A stretch of 64,000 nucleotides of DNA from Calcarisporiella thermophila CBS 279.70. Taxonomy: Eukaryota; Fungi; Calcarisporiellomycota. The notes under the pieces were generated by a model. It worked only from the letters and a program-made list of their open reading frames with translations. It had not been told where the DNA came from and ran no database searches. A program made the position numbers and the translations under genes. Shown here piece after piece: positions 1 to 18,102 of the stretch. Position 1 is the stretch's first letter, and the number at the start of each line of letters is the position of its first letter. Location of the stretch: assembly GCF_041956535.1 (NCBI RefSeq), contig NW_027192203.1, positions 124,001 to 188,000 of the forward strand. Reading direction: 5' to 3'.

Positions 1-1349
1 AGATGGTGGGCGATGTCTTTGGGCTTGAGGGTGAGGAGATCGGGGACGTGGCCGTTGCGTCTTGCAGCGGCCTTGGGGGGGTTGGTAGGTGCTTGGCGCA
101 TTGCCATGAGGCCTTGTCTCTGTCAAATGAAAGCCACATGTTACCTCGGATGGTCTGTCTTTGCCTTAACGGCGCAGTTTACCTTTGCATCCAGGATCCA
201 CCGGATCTGCCGGCCCTCTCTGGAGAGCCCGGCCATTTCGACGCTTCCCTCCAAAAACCGAATAAGGCCTTTCAACACGTGGCCATCCTCCAGGAAATCT
301 TCGGGTCGCAACTCGACCCACCTCTGTATCAGGGCGAGGACGCGCTCTTGCACCCGACTTGTGAAGAAGAGCCAGCGCGCCGAGTCTTTAGGAGGCTCGG
401 GGGCCGAAAGGAATGTTGCGGGGGGGGAGTGGAAGCGTGCAACCAGGCCATTGAGGAGATCGCCGCTTGAGAGAAACCAGGTGTGGGTTTGAAGGAGGGT
501 GTCCGTTAAATTCCGATCTGCGAACGCAGAGGAAGAAGGGCCGCCCCGAGGCTGAACAAGTAGGTCGAGGAGATTGGTTGGGGTCGCCGCCATCAAAGTC
601 TCTCTAGGATTGGAAATCGGGTCAGAGACGGTCCGTGCCGCTGGCACCAGAGAACAGCAAACTATTTACCTTCCATCCTGAAGCTCGCTGACTAGCTGCG
701 CACCCGTTGAATCCCCTCGGATGTAGGCCGTGCCTCCTCTCAGTGAGGCAAAGCTCTCATTGCTGCCATACCGCCGAAGTTTTCGCATGAAGTTCCTCAG
801 GGAGGATGCGGAAGAAACCGAGCGCACACTCTGGGTATCGACCACATTGTTGCTTAGCATCGATACCCGCGAATGAGGGTGTGGCGGAGTAGGGCGCATT
901 TGGGGACGAGCAGGCGCAGGTGTGGTTGATTTAGGGAGGGAATGGAGTGAGTCCATGGCAAGTTCTGGGGTGTAAGGGCGTATTTTCGAGGCAAGTTTGG
1001 CTTTCTTGTGATTCATATGTTTTTCAACTGGTACTACGGGCCTATATTCCGCTTTTCTATTAAGTTGTTCCAATTCCTCTTCCTCTTCTACCTCCTCCTC
1101 CTCCTCCTCCCAGATGCAGAATTCATCTTCATCGTCCACGTAGCCGTGGTCGGCATCCAGCGCGGGGGAAGAAATATCCTCCGACGAGAGAGAGCTGGTG
1201 GAGTATTTCGAGTCGCTTTCGGCTGACATTGAGGAGAGAGGGGAATCGGGGGAATCGGAAGTATCACTAATATATTCACACGAAGGGGACGCGACAGCCT
1301 TCAACGCTCCTTTCTGGTGGATATGAAAGGGAGAAACAGTCATCAACAT
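1..1349 (-). CDS. RasGEF (REM + CDC25-type) family protein, 5' part; runs off window start; paralog of 48612..50963
   Basis: Exon 1 is 1349..670 (donor GTAAAT), exon 2 is 603..~183 (REM-like 'LMAATPTNLLDLL...LLQTHTWF...RVLALIQRWVELRPEDF'), exon 3 runs from ~119 off the window. It is colinear with the complete RasGEF at 48.6-51 kb and has the same intron positions. Confidence 0.85.
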
Positions 1350-2621
1350 AGCAGTGAGGACAGCCAGGCAGATTAATGGAGAGATGTCAATTAGTAGGAA
1401 TTATATTAGCAGCGCACTGGGTGAAAACAGGAGAGAACAATAGGAGTAAACAGGAACATGTCTCGTGTGAAGGGAACAAAAACGGTTTGCATTCCAAGTA
1501 TGGCCAATGCCCAAGAACAAGAGAGGAAAAAAAACTTGTAATGCTTCCGTTGCCTAAGAAGAAGAAACTCTATTTTGCACATAAATGTGCAAAATTAAGA
1601 GCCGTGATCGGATCAAGTTTGAGGAGACATGTCAAAACAGGCTTGTTGGTGGCTGGCCAAGGTACATGAGATTGCGCCCGGTTGCCTGCGGATGAGCGGA
1701 TTCCAGATTGGGTAATCATTAGGTCCTCAATGCGTATTAATTGTCCCCGCCCGCGGGATTCTTTATAGTCAAATTGCGGGCCTTTTTCTCTGCCCGTTTA
1801 AGGGGCAAGAAAAAACGCGGTTTCTGATGGCCAGGCCCCGTTAGATCAAGGTTCCTGCTCCCCTCCGCGCCCATCCCCCCGTTAACGTCATCGCAACTTG
1901 CCAAGAAAGCGGGGGAGAGCGAGGGGGAGGAAAACAAGCCCAGGTCGGTTGACTGGGAGTGGGGGGGCGGGGGCGGCCTCCACACCGGGTCCGCACTTGG
2001 GTGGAGAGAAATGGGGATGGACCCCCACGAGGCTAGGCGTAGGACGAGGCGGTGGAGGAGGCCGCGGGGTGGGAAGGAGGAGTTGGGCCCGATGTTTTGG
2101 GCTTTCTTTTATGGCCAATAAGCCGGGCACCAGGGAGGTGCTTAATTACATAAATTCGCCTGAATTACGTGAGGGTACAGGTGCATTAATGCTAATCCAA
2201 CCCTCCTGCTCGAAGAAACTGAGTCGAATGGCGCAGTTTTTACTCGAACAACCCGAGCAAAAATCACTATAGTCCTTTTATGTCAGAATAAAGTCATCCT
2301 TAGCCAAAAGGGAAAGGGGGGAGATGGAGGAGAAATCCAAGGCATAGGGGAGGCGTGCATTCTAGGAAAAAGCAGGAAAAGAAGAAATAAAGTAGTATAA
2401 AAACAGAAAGGAGAAAGAGACAGGAGATCAAAGAAGAATACTATATAATATGAAGGAAGAAGTAGAGTGATATATTCACCATAGAATGCCAAATAGAGAA
2501 AAGAAGAGAGGAAGAAAGAATAGTATAAAGAGGAAAAAAAAAGTATAAAATAAGCAAAAGGTTTATTAGTGAAAACAAAGTAATAAAAAAAACAATACTA
2601 TATATATATTTATGAGTTTTA

Positions 2622-7092
<4,471 letters not shown>

Positions 7093-7566
7093 CGCAGACG
7101 ATGACCTTTTGGCCGGAGGGAGTGGGAGGGCCCGAGCGAGTTAATGCGGGCGCGATAATGTCGAATGTCTGTAAGCTTGGGTTGTAGAAGTGAAAAAAAG
7201 TGGGGAAGAGGGGAGAAAAGGGAAGAGAAATGGGACGAAAGAAATCTTCAATCTTGTTTAAATACTGTACATCTGATCCTCTTAACAAAGGGAATATGTT
7301 TATTGAAACATTACGTCAGGTGCAGTTCGTAATGTTTCCAGAGAAAAAGAGGAGAAAACCAAATGAAATCAGAATCGTTTCACGCTGCTGTTGAACTCTT
7401 TGCGCGTTCTCTTGGTTTCAACAAAACATGTACGGTCAATAGCTTGAAGTAATTTCACCACCCAGCACACAGGATACCACACTTACGTCACTCGGAAACG
7501 AATAAGCATACGAAAACAAGGGGGGGCTAAAAGATCTCGATTGTCTCCAACCATTTCGTCCAAAAA

Positions 7567-8029
7567 ATGCATCTCACACGGGCCCTCTTCAGCGTGGTCA
7601 AGAAGACGACTACAGGAATCTATGGTATTCCTGTGCATCCGAACCCCCGTCCCCATCTCATTGAGACCTACAGGAAAACTCTCACTGCTCTCGAGCGTCT
7701 CCCCCCCTCTGCTGTCTATCGCCAGGCCACTACATCCATCACACAACAGCGTCTCGCGATTGTCGAAGCCAATGAGGACATCCAAGATATTGAAGAAAAG
7801 CTTGATGCTGGGCAAATTGAAGAGGCTATCATGCAGGCAGAGGATGAGCTTTCTCTTGTAGGAAAAATGGAAGAGTGGAAAGCGTATGTCTACTATTCTC
7901 TTAAATCATAGATCGCTCATTAACTTGTGCGAAATTTTCGTCTTTAGATGGGAACCGCTTGAAGTCGAGCCGCCAGCTCGCCAGTGGGAGTATCCTGGTC
8001 GCAAAGTTGACGATAAACATACCAGCTAA
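7567..8029 (+). CDS. NDUFA5: NADH:ubiquinone oxidoreductase alpha subcomplex subunit 5
   Basis: 'KKTTTGIYGIPVHPNPR...YRQATTSITQQRL...EEKLDAGQIEEAIMQAEDELSL..KMEEWK'. Intron ~7884..7948 gives 'WEPLEVEPPARQWEYP' and a TAA ending at 8029. Confidence 0.93.
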
Positions 8030-8937
8030 ATGAAGACATTTTAGAAGCGACCATGTATGTTTATTGCGATTTCTTGTGAGGAAGCTCGATGTTTGCCTTG
8101 TTCTATATATATATATTTTTAATTTGCTTCTTTGAAGTCTCATAGAAAATATACAGTTTATTTTGTAAAGAATTGTTACTATGCAAAGTGTTTAGTTCAT
8201 GTTTCGACTATGAAATAATCCCAAAGCCAAGTGTTTCTCGAATAACTATTATTACAGGATCTAGCTATTCGCAACCTACAGGCTGTTAACATTCTACTTA
8301 ACACCAAAAGTATATTCACACGACCCTATTGGGAACGAAGTGGTGAGAATGGCTTATTGTAATGAGCCTTTTTCCAACTGAACTCCTCAAATACATTTAA
8401 TTGGATTCGGAAAGATAAGCTAATTCCAGCCAGGTTTCTCTAAAATAAGAGATCCCACATTCTAAATCATTTTCAATGTTCAAGGACTTCAATGCAAGGT
8501 TACGTCTGTTCTTATCTTTCTCTTCTTTTATCATTATCTTGTTGTGATATACAGACATGTCTGCCCCCTGCGGCCCACGCAAACCTATGAAGTTTTAAGC
8601 TTGATGGTTCTGAGAAGGCATTGTCGAGTCTCAGACAAATTAAAATTACAAATGGCAGTTTAATTAAGATGGTGGGCTTAAAGAAACCGTGGCATCTGTC
8701 TTTCTTTTGCTTTTTAAATTTCATCAAACCTACGCTTTCGAGCGGAATTTATAGGGTATATTTTCACCGTCGAATTATGGTAACCAAGATTCGCGTAGAA
8801 TGCTTTTTTTTTTTGGACTCGGGGATTCAAATCACTAATCAGATACTAATCTCTCCGCCGTTCCTAGTTCCAACTAGACCGAGGGCGAAATTTTCCTTCT
8901 CTTTGCTCTCTACTCTTTTAATTAGTTGCATGCGATA

Positions 8938-10489
8938 ATGATTTTAGGCTATTTCACTCATCCAAATATCTTAAGACTGACTACCATCTTAGTTCGGCTT
9001 CCATTGGGCTTCTTTATCTACTTTATTTGGATTGCATACGAATCATTAAGGTGCTACATACAATTGCGACCACTCTGGATAAGTGGCAAAAAGTATTCTC
9101 ACTGTAAGTGCCAATGTGAATCAAGCAGCCGCAATTAGTTTATGTATTATTTTATTAAATTGGTTGTAGTCCAAGAAGAGCTCTTTGATAAAGACAACGC
9201 GTATGGGAAGCATGTTTATATTGATGTTGGAGAGGGTAGAAAAATTCACGCCGTTGAGTCGGGGAATGAGGGAGGGGACCTTGTCCTTTTCCTGCATGGG
9301 TTCCCTCAGGTAAAGAGAGTTGCACCATTACCTGCTTTATGGATCTACTCACAGATAATCCAACTGAATTCTAGTGTTGGTACGAATGGCGACACCAGCT
9401 CAAGGGACTCAAGAACGAGGGTTATCTTCTAGTGGCAATAGATTTGGTATATTAATCGATACTCCCTCGAGAAAGTCGAAATTCCATTTTTTCATTGAAA
9501 AACCTTGCATGTTAGCCTGGCTATGGCGCGTCGTATTCTCCATCCTCACTTTCACAATACAATATGCGTACCATAATCAAGGCCTTACGCCAAGTAATCG
9601 ACCACTATGGAGGAAAATGCGCAGCCCTAGTTGGCCACGATCTCGGCGGGGCGCTTGCCTTCCATTTGGCATATGATTCGTGGCAGAAGGAGCAACAGCA
9701 AGGAGAGAAAGGCTACATTCAAAATCTGATTATCCTCAATGCCCCTCCCACTGACTTGCAAAAACAAAACATTAAAGTATGCCTTTTTTTTGTTTTCTCT
9801 GGCGTCCAAACCATTCCCTTATCTTGCTTTAACGGTATTTTAGTCCCCCATAAGAAACATCTTTTCACTTCGCACCTTCTTTCGCTCACTCAAACACCCC
9901 CGCTACCTTGTCCCATTTCTTGACCGTGCACTCCCGTCGTTACTTCAGTTATTACGAAGCAGCTACATGTGCGTTTTCCTCTTACCCTATCCGCTACCTG
10001 AAATTGCCTTTATGATTGGAGATTGTCCCATTGTGCAGGATGGGATCCGGTTTGGCGGTGTAAAGAATATAGATCAGGATGACTTGGATCGATACAAAGC
10101 TAGCTGTCTTCGCAATGGACTGCGAAGCGTGGGAGGAATGCTAGGCTACTATCGAAGCGGGACAATATATAATTGGGAGGGCGTACGGCGGGGCGAACTA
10201 GCCGTTACTGGAATCGATACCCTTTTAATTTGGGTTAGCAGTCTTTTCATTCATCCTTGTTGTTGATTAATAATACTCACATCAAACACATTGGCTACTT
10301 GCCCACACTTTTTTTTTCCTCTTTTAGGGAGACAGGGATATAGCGCTTCAGCGCGAAACATGCCTTAATAATATCGTCACCAAGCTGCCGAATGTTTCAG
10401 TTGTGAGATTACATGATGCAGGCCACTTTGTGGTTGAGGAGGCATGCGAGCATGTGAACGAGCTGATTCGAAAATTCTTAAAGAGATAA
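8938..10489 (+). CDS. alpha/beta-hydrolase, epoxide hydrolase (EPHX3/4-like) with N-terminal membrane anchor; multi-exon
   Basis: HGFP oxyanion motif, 'IDLPGYGAS', nucleophile elbow GHDLGG, 'LIWGDRD', catalytic 'AGHFV'; hydrophobic first exon. Confidence 0.85.
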
Positions 10490-10715
10490 GGGATCTTGTA
10501 ATTAATTATTTTTCTTTTTCCTTTGAAAAAAGAGAAATATAACTCTTCTATTGAAAGTTTCAATATACATCGAGCATATGTATTTTTCGAAAGAAGGAAA
10601 TATAAACTATTTTTGCATATAATTTAAAGTAACCAACACATACAATGAGCTGAGCTGATGATAAAAATGTCACTACAAGGGTGGTTGGCTCCGCCACTCC
10701 GCCAATTCTCTCGCG

Positions 10716-13159
10716 TTACTCTACTGTCACCTGGGAAGCACTTACTCCAGCCATTTTATTTGAAGGGGACTCCATGGCTGCTCCCGAATCTCTTGTTATG
10801 CCGTTTATCCCGCTTCCAGCAATGGCCTCAGCGACTTCTTGCAGTTCAGGGTCGGGTTCATCCACGACCGCATGCAATAACGCTTGCTTGTGCTCCTCCT
10901 CGGCATTTCGCAATTGTTCCTCACGGGTAGGTGGAAGTCGCTCGTTGATGAGGTCCGAGTTACGTGCCTCTTCGAAGGTAGTGATTGCTGGCAAAAAAGG
11001 AAAATGGGGAAGTCGAATACACGAAAAGTCAATTAGATCTCGCAAGAAAAATATTTATGAAATATAAAAAATGAAGCTGTACCGTGTTTGAGGCCTTCAG
11101 AACCAAGGATGAGTGTACCATGAGGAATTTTGCCGGTTCCAGACTTAACCTTGAGCTCCATCACACTCTCAGATTCCTGGCGTAACACTTGGAATACCCG
11201 CGCCATACGGCCAACAGCTAGAATCTTATTCTTAATCACTTGTCGGCGCTGTTCAACATCCATTTCAGCTAGAAATTGATAAATAGATATAGCATATTAA
11301 AAAAAATTTGCTTGCTGACTATATACAGATAAATACATGTACGTACCATTTTCTACTTCAAATAGGGGACCTTCTTCGTCTGCCAACTCTTCCTTACTGC
11401 AAACATTTAGAACTGCGAGAAGCATATCGGTAACTAAAGAAAAGAAGAGCATTAACCATCTACTAAATATTTCGATAGGAAAGAAAAGAGGCCTTTTTTA
11501 CTTTTTTGCCCCACAAACGGTAAACTCCAGGTAAACACATCCATGAAATTGGGCAACCAGTAAGGGTGAGGTGAGCAGTTGAATTGCCGGATATTCATGA
11601 CATTATTCTCGTACTTTAAAATGGCCGCTTTGTTGTTGTAAACATCCAAGTAGTTTGGTGCGGAAAAGAGTGTCATTACGGAGGGGAATCCCGTCTTTTT
11701 TGTCTTGCGATACATGCGATATCCGGCGTCCTGGGCCTCGTGTGCGCGAATGATGGATAGGAGATTGTTACGTTCGAGGAATGCACAAGCAGCCTGATAG
11801 GTGTAGAAAAACGAGCAACCACGAACGTGATTGTGCACGAAAAAGTCCTGTGTCCTTTCGTGTCCGAAATCCTCGATCGGGTCGGACCAAAGGAGATCAC
11901 ACATAATCCCATGGGTAGGAGGTTCACGGAAGCGGTCAATCTATCGAGTAGGTTTGCAGAGGGGTTATTGCGAATTCATGGGTAATTAATTAAGGAGTCG
12001 ATTACTTTATTAAAGTCATCAAGGGTGTTCAGCTCGGGAGAGAGTCCACCGTGGACGCACAGGAATTGTTTATTCATAACAGCTGCCAGTGGGAGCGCGC
12101 AAAACGATTCCATACACGCGTCATAAACTCGTGTAGAGTATTTGTGCTCGCCTAAATATAACAGCAGATTTAGTAAATATTGTCAAGCCCATTTGTTCAT
12201 GACAACAAGTTACACTCTGTTTGGAATGTGAAGTATTGGGTCAAGTGGCGACATTCATGATTCCCTCGCAGAAGGAACAGAGTTTTCGGGTACCAAAGTT
12301 TGAGAGACCAGAGATAGAGTACACACTTTTGAAGCGGGAGAAAAATAAAACAAATATTAGAGTAAAAAAATCTGTGTTCAAGTTGAGCAGCTATCCGTTT
12401 TTTTTATTCTCAACTTACCTCAATGGAGAAATAACCTCGGTCAACATAATCACCTAGGAAAAGATATGTGGTATCCGCTGGATTCCCTCCCACTTCAAAG
12501 AGCTTCATTAGGTCATAATACTGGCCATGAATATCACCACAAACTGAATTGGATGATAAGTGAATGCATATAATAATCCAAATAGAAACATTAATCACCA
12601 GCGGAATAAAATGGGGGCCTGGCCTAGGAAATCAACAAAGTGAGAAAATATACCTGTAATAGGAGAGCTCACGTGGAGAAGTGTGGGCTCGCTTTTCAAC
12701 ATCTCCGTGCATTTATTGATAATATAGAGCGCATGCTCTTCTTTGAGGCGTCCCTCGCGAAAGAAGTGGTGTTTTAGGAAATTAATGTCGGGTAAGTCCG
12801 GTCGTTCCTTGGAAAAGAATTCCTCATCTGTTGGTGTGTGAACAGCAGGAGCCGGAACATCTATATTGCATTACAGCAAAATCAAAAGAACGCAAGGAAT
12901 TAGAGCGAAATGAAACCAACTAGCTATTAGTACCGATAGACGAGATACCAATTACCTTTAATAACGCGTTCTTTGGTAGACACCGGCGTGCCGTCCTCGC
13001 TATGAAAGATGGAAAAGTCTATTTTGGGAACTATTGAAAAAGAGATTGAACTAAGCAAGGGAGGTCTGTTAAAGAGCAATCTTCGAGATGACCTTCCGGC
13101 TTATTTAACATCCGCATTAGGACTTGGTTCGATGTGGTGGTTGAAGTCGGCTCGCTCAT
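10716..13159 (-). CDS. CNA1: Calcineurin catalytic subunit A (PP2B); multi-exon
   Basis: GDIHGQ, GDYVDRG, RGNHE, 'SAPNYLD', CnB-binding '[20 protein letters not shown]', CaM-binding '[19 protein letters not shown]', autoinhibitory '[19 protein letters not shown]'. Confidence 0.97.
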
Positions 13160-13262
13160 GATCGGTGATTATTTTTTGCAAGACGAGAACAACTGCAAAC
13201 GAAACATCGAGGATACATTGAAACTTCATGGGATAGCTCAAGGTGATAATTTGCCACCACTG

Positions 13263-13272
13263 ATGACGTCAT
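13263..13272. promoter_or_regulatory. Perfect CRE/ATF palindrome ATGACGTCAT in the CNA1/GGPPS bidirectional promoter
   Basis: Exact 10-bp palindrome near the middle of a 240-bp head-to-head intergenic region. Confidence 0.5.
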
Positions 13273-13399
13273 GCATCTTTAACGATATAGGTCTATTTTT
13301 TAATATCAGTGGGTTTTAGGCTTTATATAGGCCAACACCTGAAAAGAGGAACGAGTGTCACTTCTATCGACTGGGAACTGACAAAAGCAAGACATTCAA

Positions 13400-14866
13400 A
13401 TGGCATACGCAAATCTCTCTCCCGAGCGCTCTGCTAACAGCGTTAAGAGAATGCCCCTAAATGAGGCTGGGCTTTCGTCGCCTAACATGAAGCCCAGAAA
13501 TCAAGATGAGGTACTAATTCAATTTGTATTCATCATACCGTTATATAATGATAGAAATTTCTGCCTCGGAAAGATTCTCCTTGAGCCCTTCCACTATCTT
13601 TGCAAAAACCCTGGCAAAGAGATTCGCACCACCTTAATCGATGCATTTGACCAGTGGCTGCAGGTGCCTAAGCAAGAGCTCGGAGTCATTACTAATGTGG
13701 TGGAGATGCTTCACAATTGTAGCTTATTGTAAGGTGTAGTCCCGTATTAATCATGCAGGGGCATTCCTTTAATATTTGCCTTTTTAGAATCGACGATGTC
13801 CAGGACGACTCCACACTTCGACGCGGGGTACCAGGTAATTTCTGCCACCTCTTGTTTTCTAAATCTTCTAATTCACAAGTCAAATTTTGTGACATAAGTT
13901 GCCCACCATATCTACGGTATACCCATGACTATCAATTGCGCGAACTACGTAATGATCCTCGCTCTGCATGAGATCAACAAACTTAACAATCCGAAAATGA
14001 TATCCATATTTACTGGTAACTCGAATCCTTTTGCTACTTATGTCCGACTTGCTAATTGAATCACGCAGAGGAACTACTAAATCTGCACCGAGGTCAAGGC
14101 ATGGAGCTTTTTTGGCGCGACACCCTTACCTGTCCCACAGAAGATGAATACATCGAGATGGTCAAGAACAGTAAGATAACATTACATAGGTATAGAAAAT
14201 ACAGCACGGCTTAATTCTGTCCCCTACCCCCTCCCTAATAGAGACGGGAGGTTTGTTTCGGCTCGGCGTCAAACTTATGCAGGAGGCGAGTAACTCCAAA
14301 ATGTACGCGATCAGAATTGATTTACGGCTCTAGTATTGCATACACGCTCACAGGCTATATTCTATTTGGCAGAGACTATGTTCCATTGGTGAATATTTTG
14401 GGGATTCATTTTCAGATTCGCGACGACTACATGAACCTGAAATCGCAGCAGGTTGTTTATATCCTTGTATAGATGTTTCTGAAGATCTCATTTCTAATTA
14501 GCTTGTATAACTAGCTTAAAGAGAACAAGGGCTTTTGCGAGGATTTAACCGAAGGGAAGTTCTCTTTCCCCATCATTCACTCTATCCGCGCAGACACGTC
14601 CAACCGCCAGCTTTTAAGTGAGCACACACCCCATTTCTCAGCGACTGACGTCCTAATTCTCATTTTCCACTGTAGATATATTGAAGCAGAGGACCAATTC
14701 ACTTGAACTGAAGAACTATGCCCTTCAGCTCATGGAGCATACAAAGACTTTCGTGTACGTGCGTGATTACCTGGCCAAGGTGGAGCAGGAGGCACGTGAA
14801 GAGTTGGCTCGATTGGGAGGAAACCAAAAGCTGGAGAAGCTTTTGGATGTGTTGCATGTAGAATAG
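13400..14866 (+). CDS. BTS1: Geranylgeranyl diphosphate synthase (type III); about 10 exons
   Basis: 'NPGKEIR', '[20 protein letters not shown]' (FARM), 'LHRGQGME', '[10 protein letters not shown]', '[11 protein letters not shown]'. Confidence 0.95.
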
Positions 14867-15198
14867 TTTTCTTATATCTTGTATCCTCTACAACCCCTTT
14901 GCACTTAAATGCGAGAATTTTTTGGAACGCTTTTTATTATTGGACTCTGACTATCTGTTAATATCTTATAATTTATATAAGTTTGATACGCTTTTAGTAA
15001 ACGCGATTTACCCCCCCTCCCCCTCCCCCTTTATTTTCATTTCAATTCTTATTTAACTAATGGATTCAATTGGGTTTTTTTTTTGAAAATATGTCTATCA
15101 TTTTCTTTATGATTTTTATTATAACAGAGTACTTACAGGTTAGAGCGCCAGCTGAATGTCATTTATAAATGGAATCTGAAGAAATGTGGGTTTCCATC

Positions 15199-16432
15199 CT
15201 ATGGCTCCAGAATAAGCTAGCAAGATAGGCAAAAATGAATCAAAACCATAGCTGGCGATATCACAAACAAGATTTCACTTACCTTGCCGGTCGTCTTTCT
15301 AGTCTCCAAATCCTCATGCGCCTTCGCGGCATCTGTAAGCTTGTACAGATTCGTAGGCACTTTGATGTTGTTTTCCACCACCAGGCGCAACAGCTCCTCC
15401 GACAACGTTTTGAACTCCTCCGTGGTGGCAATGTAGTTAAAGAGGGTTGGACGCAGCAGCTTGAAATTGCCTTCGGTCAGTTTAAATAGGTCAACAGGAT
15501 CCACCTTGCCGCTTGCGTTCCCGAAGCTGACCATGGTGCCCAAACGGCGCAGGCATTTGAGGCTTTGATCGAAAGTGGAGCGGCCCACCCCATCATAAAC
15601 GGCATGGACTCCTTCGCCACCAGGGGTGAGCGAGCGCACCTTTTGGACGACGTCCTCCTTGGTGTAGAGGACGATGTGCTCAGCACCCGCCTCTTGGGCT
15701 AGTTTGGCCTTCTCCGAGCTCGATGTGGTCCCGATCACGTGGGCACCCAACGCTTTTGCTAGTTGCACCAGCCAAAGGCCGGTGCCACCCGCAGCGGCAT
15801 GCACCAGGACCCAGTCACCCTTCTTGACTTCATATGAATATTTCAGCATACTGAGCGCAGTCAGACCTTGGATGAGAAGCCCAGCTCCCTCACGGAATGA
15901 GTACTCTTCGGGGAGCTTAATTGTTCTGCCCGGGTCGGCGACCGTATAGTCAGCATACGTTGAGCCAGCAAGGTAGGCCACGTGGTCGCCCTTTTTGAAG
16001 TTAGTCACATTCGGGCCCACCTCTTCAACGATTCCTGCAGCCTCGCGTCCGAGGATAAATGGCAATTCCACCTAGTTTCAGGTTTGAACTTAGCAAACCA
16101 CTCTGTAATTCGACGCTTAAAGTGCTTACCTTATAAAGCCCGGTGCGGTGGTATGTGTCGATGAAATTCACACCTATTGCACAGCATTATTCTTTTTAGC
16201 GTGCTCTGAAACAATGAGCACAAAAAGGTGTCAGTTCCTTACCGATGGCCTGGTTCTTCACTAGTATCTGGCCCGCATTGGCCTTGGGAATGGGGAGACT
16301 TCCATGTTTCAGCACCTCCGTTCCGCCGTGCTTTTCGATGAAAACAGCATTCATGGAGGACATGGTTGAGAGCGTGCGGGTGTAATTTGGTTTGAGTCGA
16401 CGTACAGTGTGGGAAAATAGAGTATTTAGCAT
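15199..16432 (-). CDS. ZTA1: NADPH:quinone oxidoreductase / zeta-crystallin (MDR family)
   Basis: 'GVNFIDTYHRTGLY', 'LPFILGREAAG', 'VHAAAGGTG', 'VYDGVG', 'FGNASG', 'RKTTGK'. The short last exon 'LILEP*' ends at 15199. Confidence 0.93.
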
Positions 16433-16841
16433 AGAAAACGCCTTGAGGATCGATACCCCGGAGAATGATATAATTTCGACGCGCTCTTATACGCGTTATT
16501 ATCTCTGCGCCTCAAAGATGGATGACAAATCTGAGAATCTATATAGCGATTATTAATTCATCGCGCCGTACCTTTTAGCTTTTCCTTGGTGCGATTAGAG
16601 GGGCGCACGGGTACTGTAAACGTGTCATCTGCAGCATTACATAGCGTAGGCAATTGGCTAGAATGGTCTTACCTTGGGGTCGACCCTTGAGGCGGCTGTA
16701 CCGAACTTAGGTACCATGGGCTCCTTAACAGAGAGATAGAGCTGAGTCTCAATCAGATGACATGGACAGGGAGAGTTTTAAATTAGCAAATAAAGCCAAG
16801 AAATTGGTCGATATCCTTTGAAATTCCAGCATTTTAGAAAT

Positions 16842-17794
16842 ATGCATCGGATTTTTGGTACATCGAAAGTAAAGCCGAAGCCGACTCTAAGCGATGCGGT
16901 AGCCTCGGTAGAAGCGCGTGTCGATTCCATTGACGCGAAGATTAAAGCACTTGAGGCTGAATTGATAAAATATAGGTGTGGAGACCCCGCTTTTTAACGC
17001 ATCCACTCTTGTGGCTAAAGTTCTAGCTTCCCCAGGGATCAGATGAAGAAGATGCGCGATGGGCCTGGAAGGAATGCCGTGAGATCACGCGCTCTTCGTG
17101 TGCTTAGACAGAAACATCACTACGAGTCACAGCGCGACATGCTGGCACAGCAAGTGGCGAATTTGGAGCAGACGCTTTTCGCAGCTGAGAATCTAAAAAA
17201 TGTCACGGCATCGTACGATGCGCTGCGGATAGCTAGCAATGAGATGAAGCAACAATGCCATGGAATGGACGTTGCCAAGATCGAAGTTGTCATTTTTCTT
17301 TGAATGAATTGGTCACAAAATTTTATTTAGAGTATATCCTCTCGTATTATAGGCCATCCAAGATGAACTCGAGGATTTGATGGAACAAGCGAATGAAGTC
17401 CAGGGCGCAATTGGAAGAAGCTATGGTGTACCCGAAGAAATCGATGAAAGCGATCTAGAGGCTGGTAAGTGACTGATTCCTTCTTCTGTTCCATTATCCC
17501 AGGCATCAATGTTGAGTCGTTTTTCATCTGCAGAATTGAGTGCACTTGGAGATGATTTCAGTTTTGAAGAGGATGAGGTGCCATCCTATCTTCGGCAAGC
17601 CGAGCTATTGGAGGCTCCAAGTGCCATAAAATCCGACCCTGGGCTGGAGGAGGTAATGACGATTCCTGATAATTGATTTTTGAACTGCCAAGTTATATTT
17701 AATTTTGATCACTCTTTTTCTCCCTATCTTCCAGGAATTAAAGTTGGACGAACCAGGCTATTCTAGTAGATATCAGCCGTTAAGAACACAATAG
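16842..17794 (+). CDS. VPS60: ESCRT-III Snf7-family protein Vps60/CHMP5; 5 exons
   Basis: 'MHRIFG..K.KPTLSDA...[12 protein letters not shown]', '[28 protein letters not shown]', '[20 protein letters not shown]'. Confidence 0.92.
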
Positions 17795-18102
17795 AATATG
17801 GACATTAATCAAAGTGTTACCAATTCCTAATACATATCTTACAATCTATGTATCATATTTCATCTTTTCAATATATTGAGGGGGGAGGCGGATTACTTTA
17901 GTACTTGCTCTTGGTGCTTCTTTTACTTCCCTATCTATACCCTTTTCTTTTATGGTCTATTAAATTTCTTCATTATTCCCTTTGGTGGCGCAGTTGCTTG
18001 TTTATCGACCAAGAGCATGTTGGAAAAGAAATCTGCTTGGTCTACGACGCGATTTTATTCTGATCTCGACTTTCTTGTAGATATTTACACACCTATACAC
18101 TT

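Noticed and set aside
9770-9966. Apparent stop/frameshift in the epoxide hydrolase
   Set aside because: Resolved by a canonical intron (GTATGC ~9777 to TTTTAG 9843) giving in-frame 'NIK|SPIRNIF...QLLRSSY'.
14455-14470. U12-type donor-like ATATCCTT in GGPPS
   Set aside because: It lies inside an ordinary GT-AG intron whose boundaries already keep the frame.
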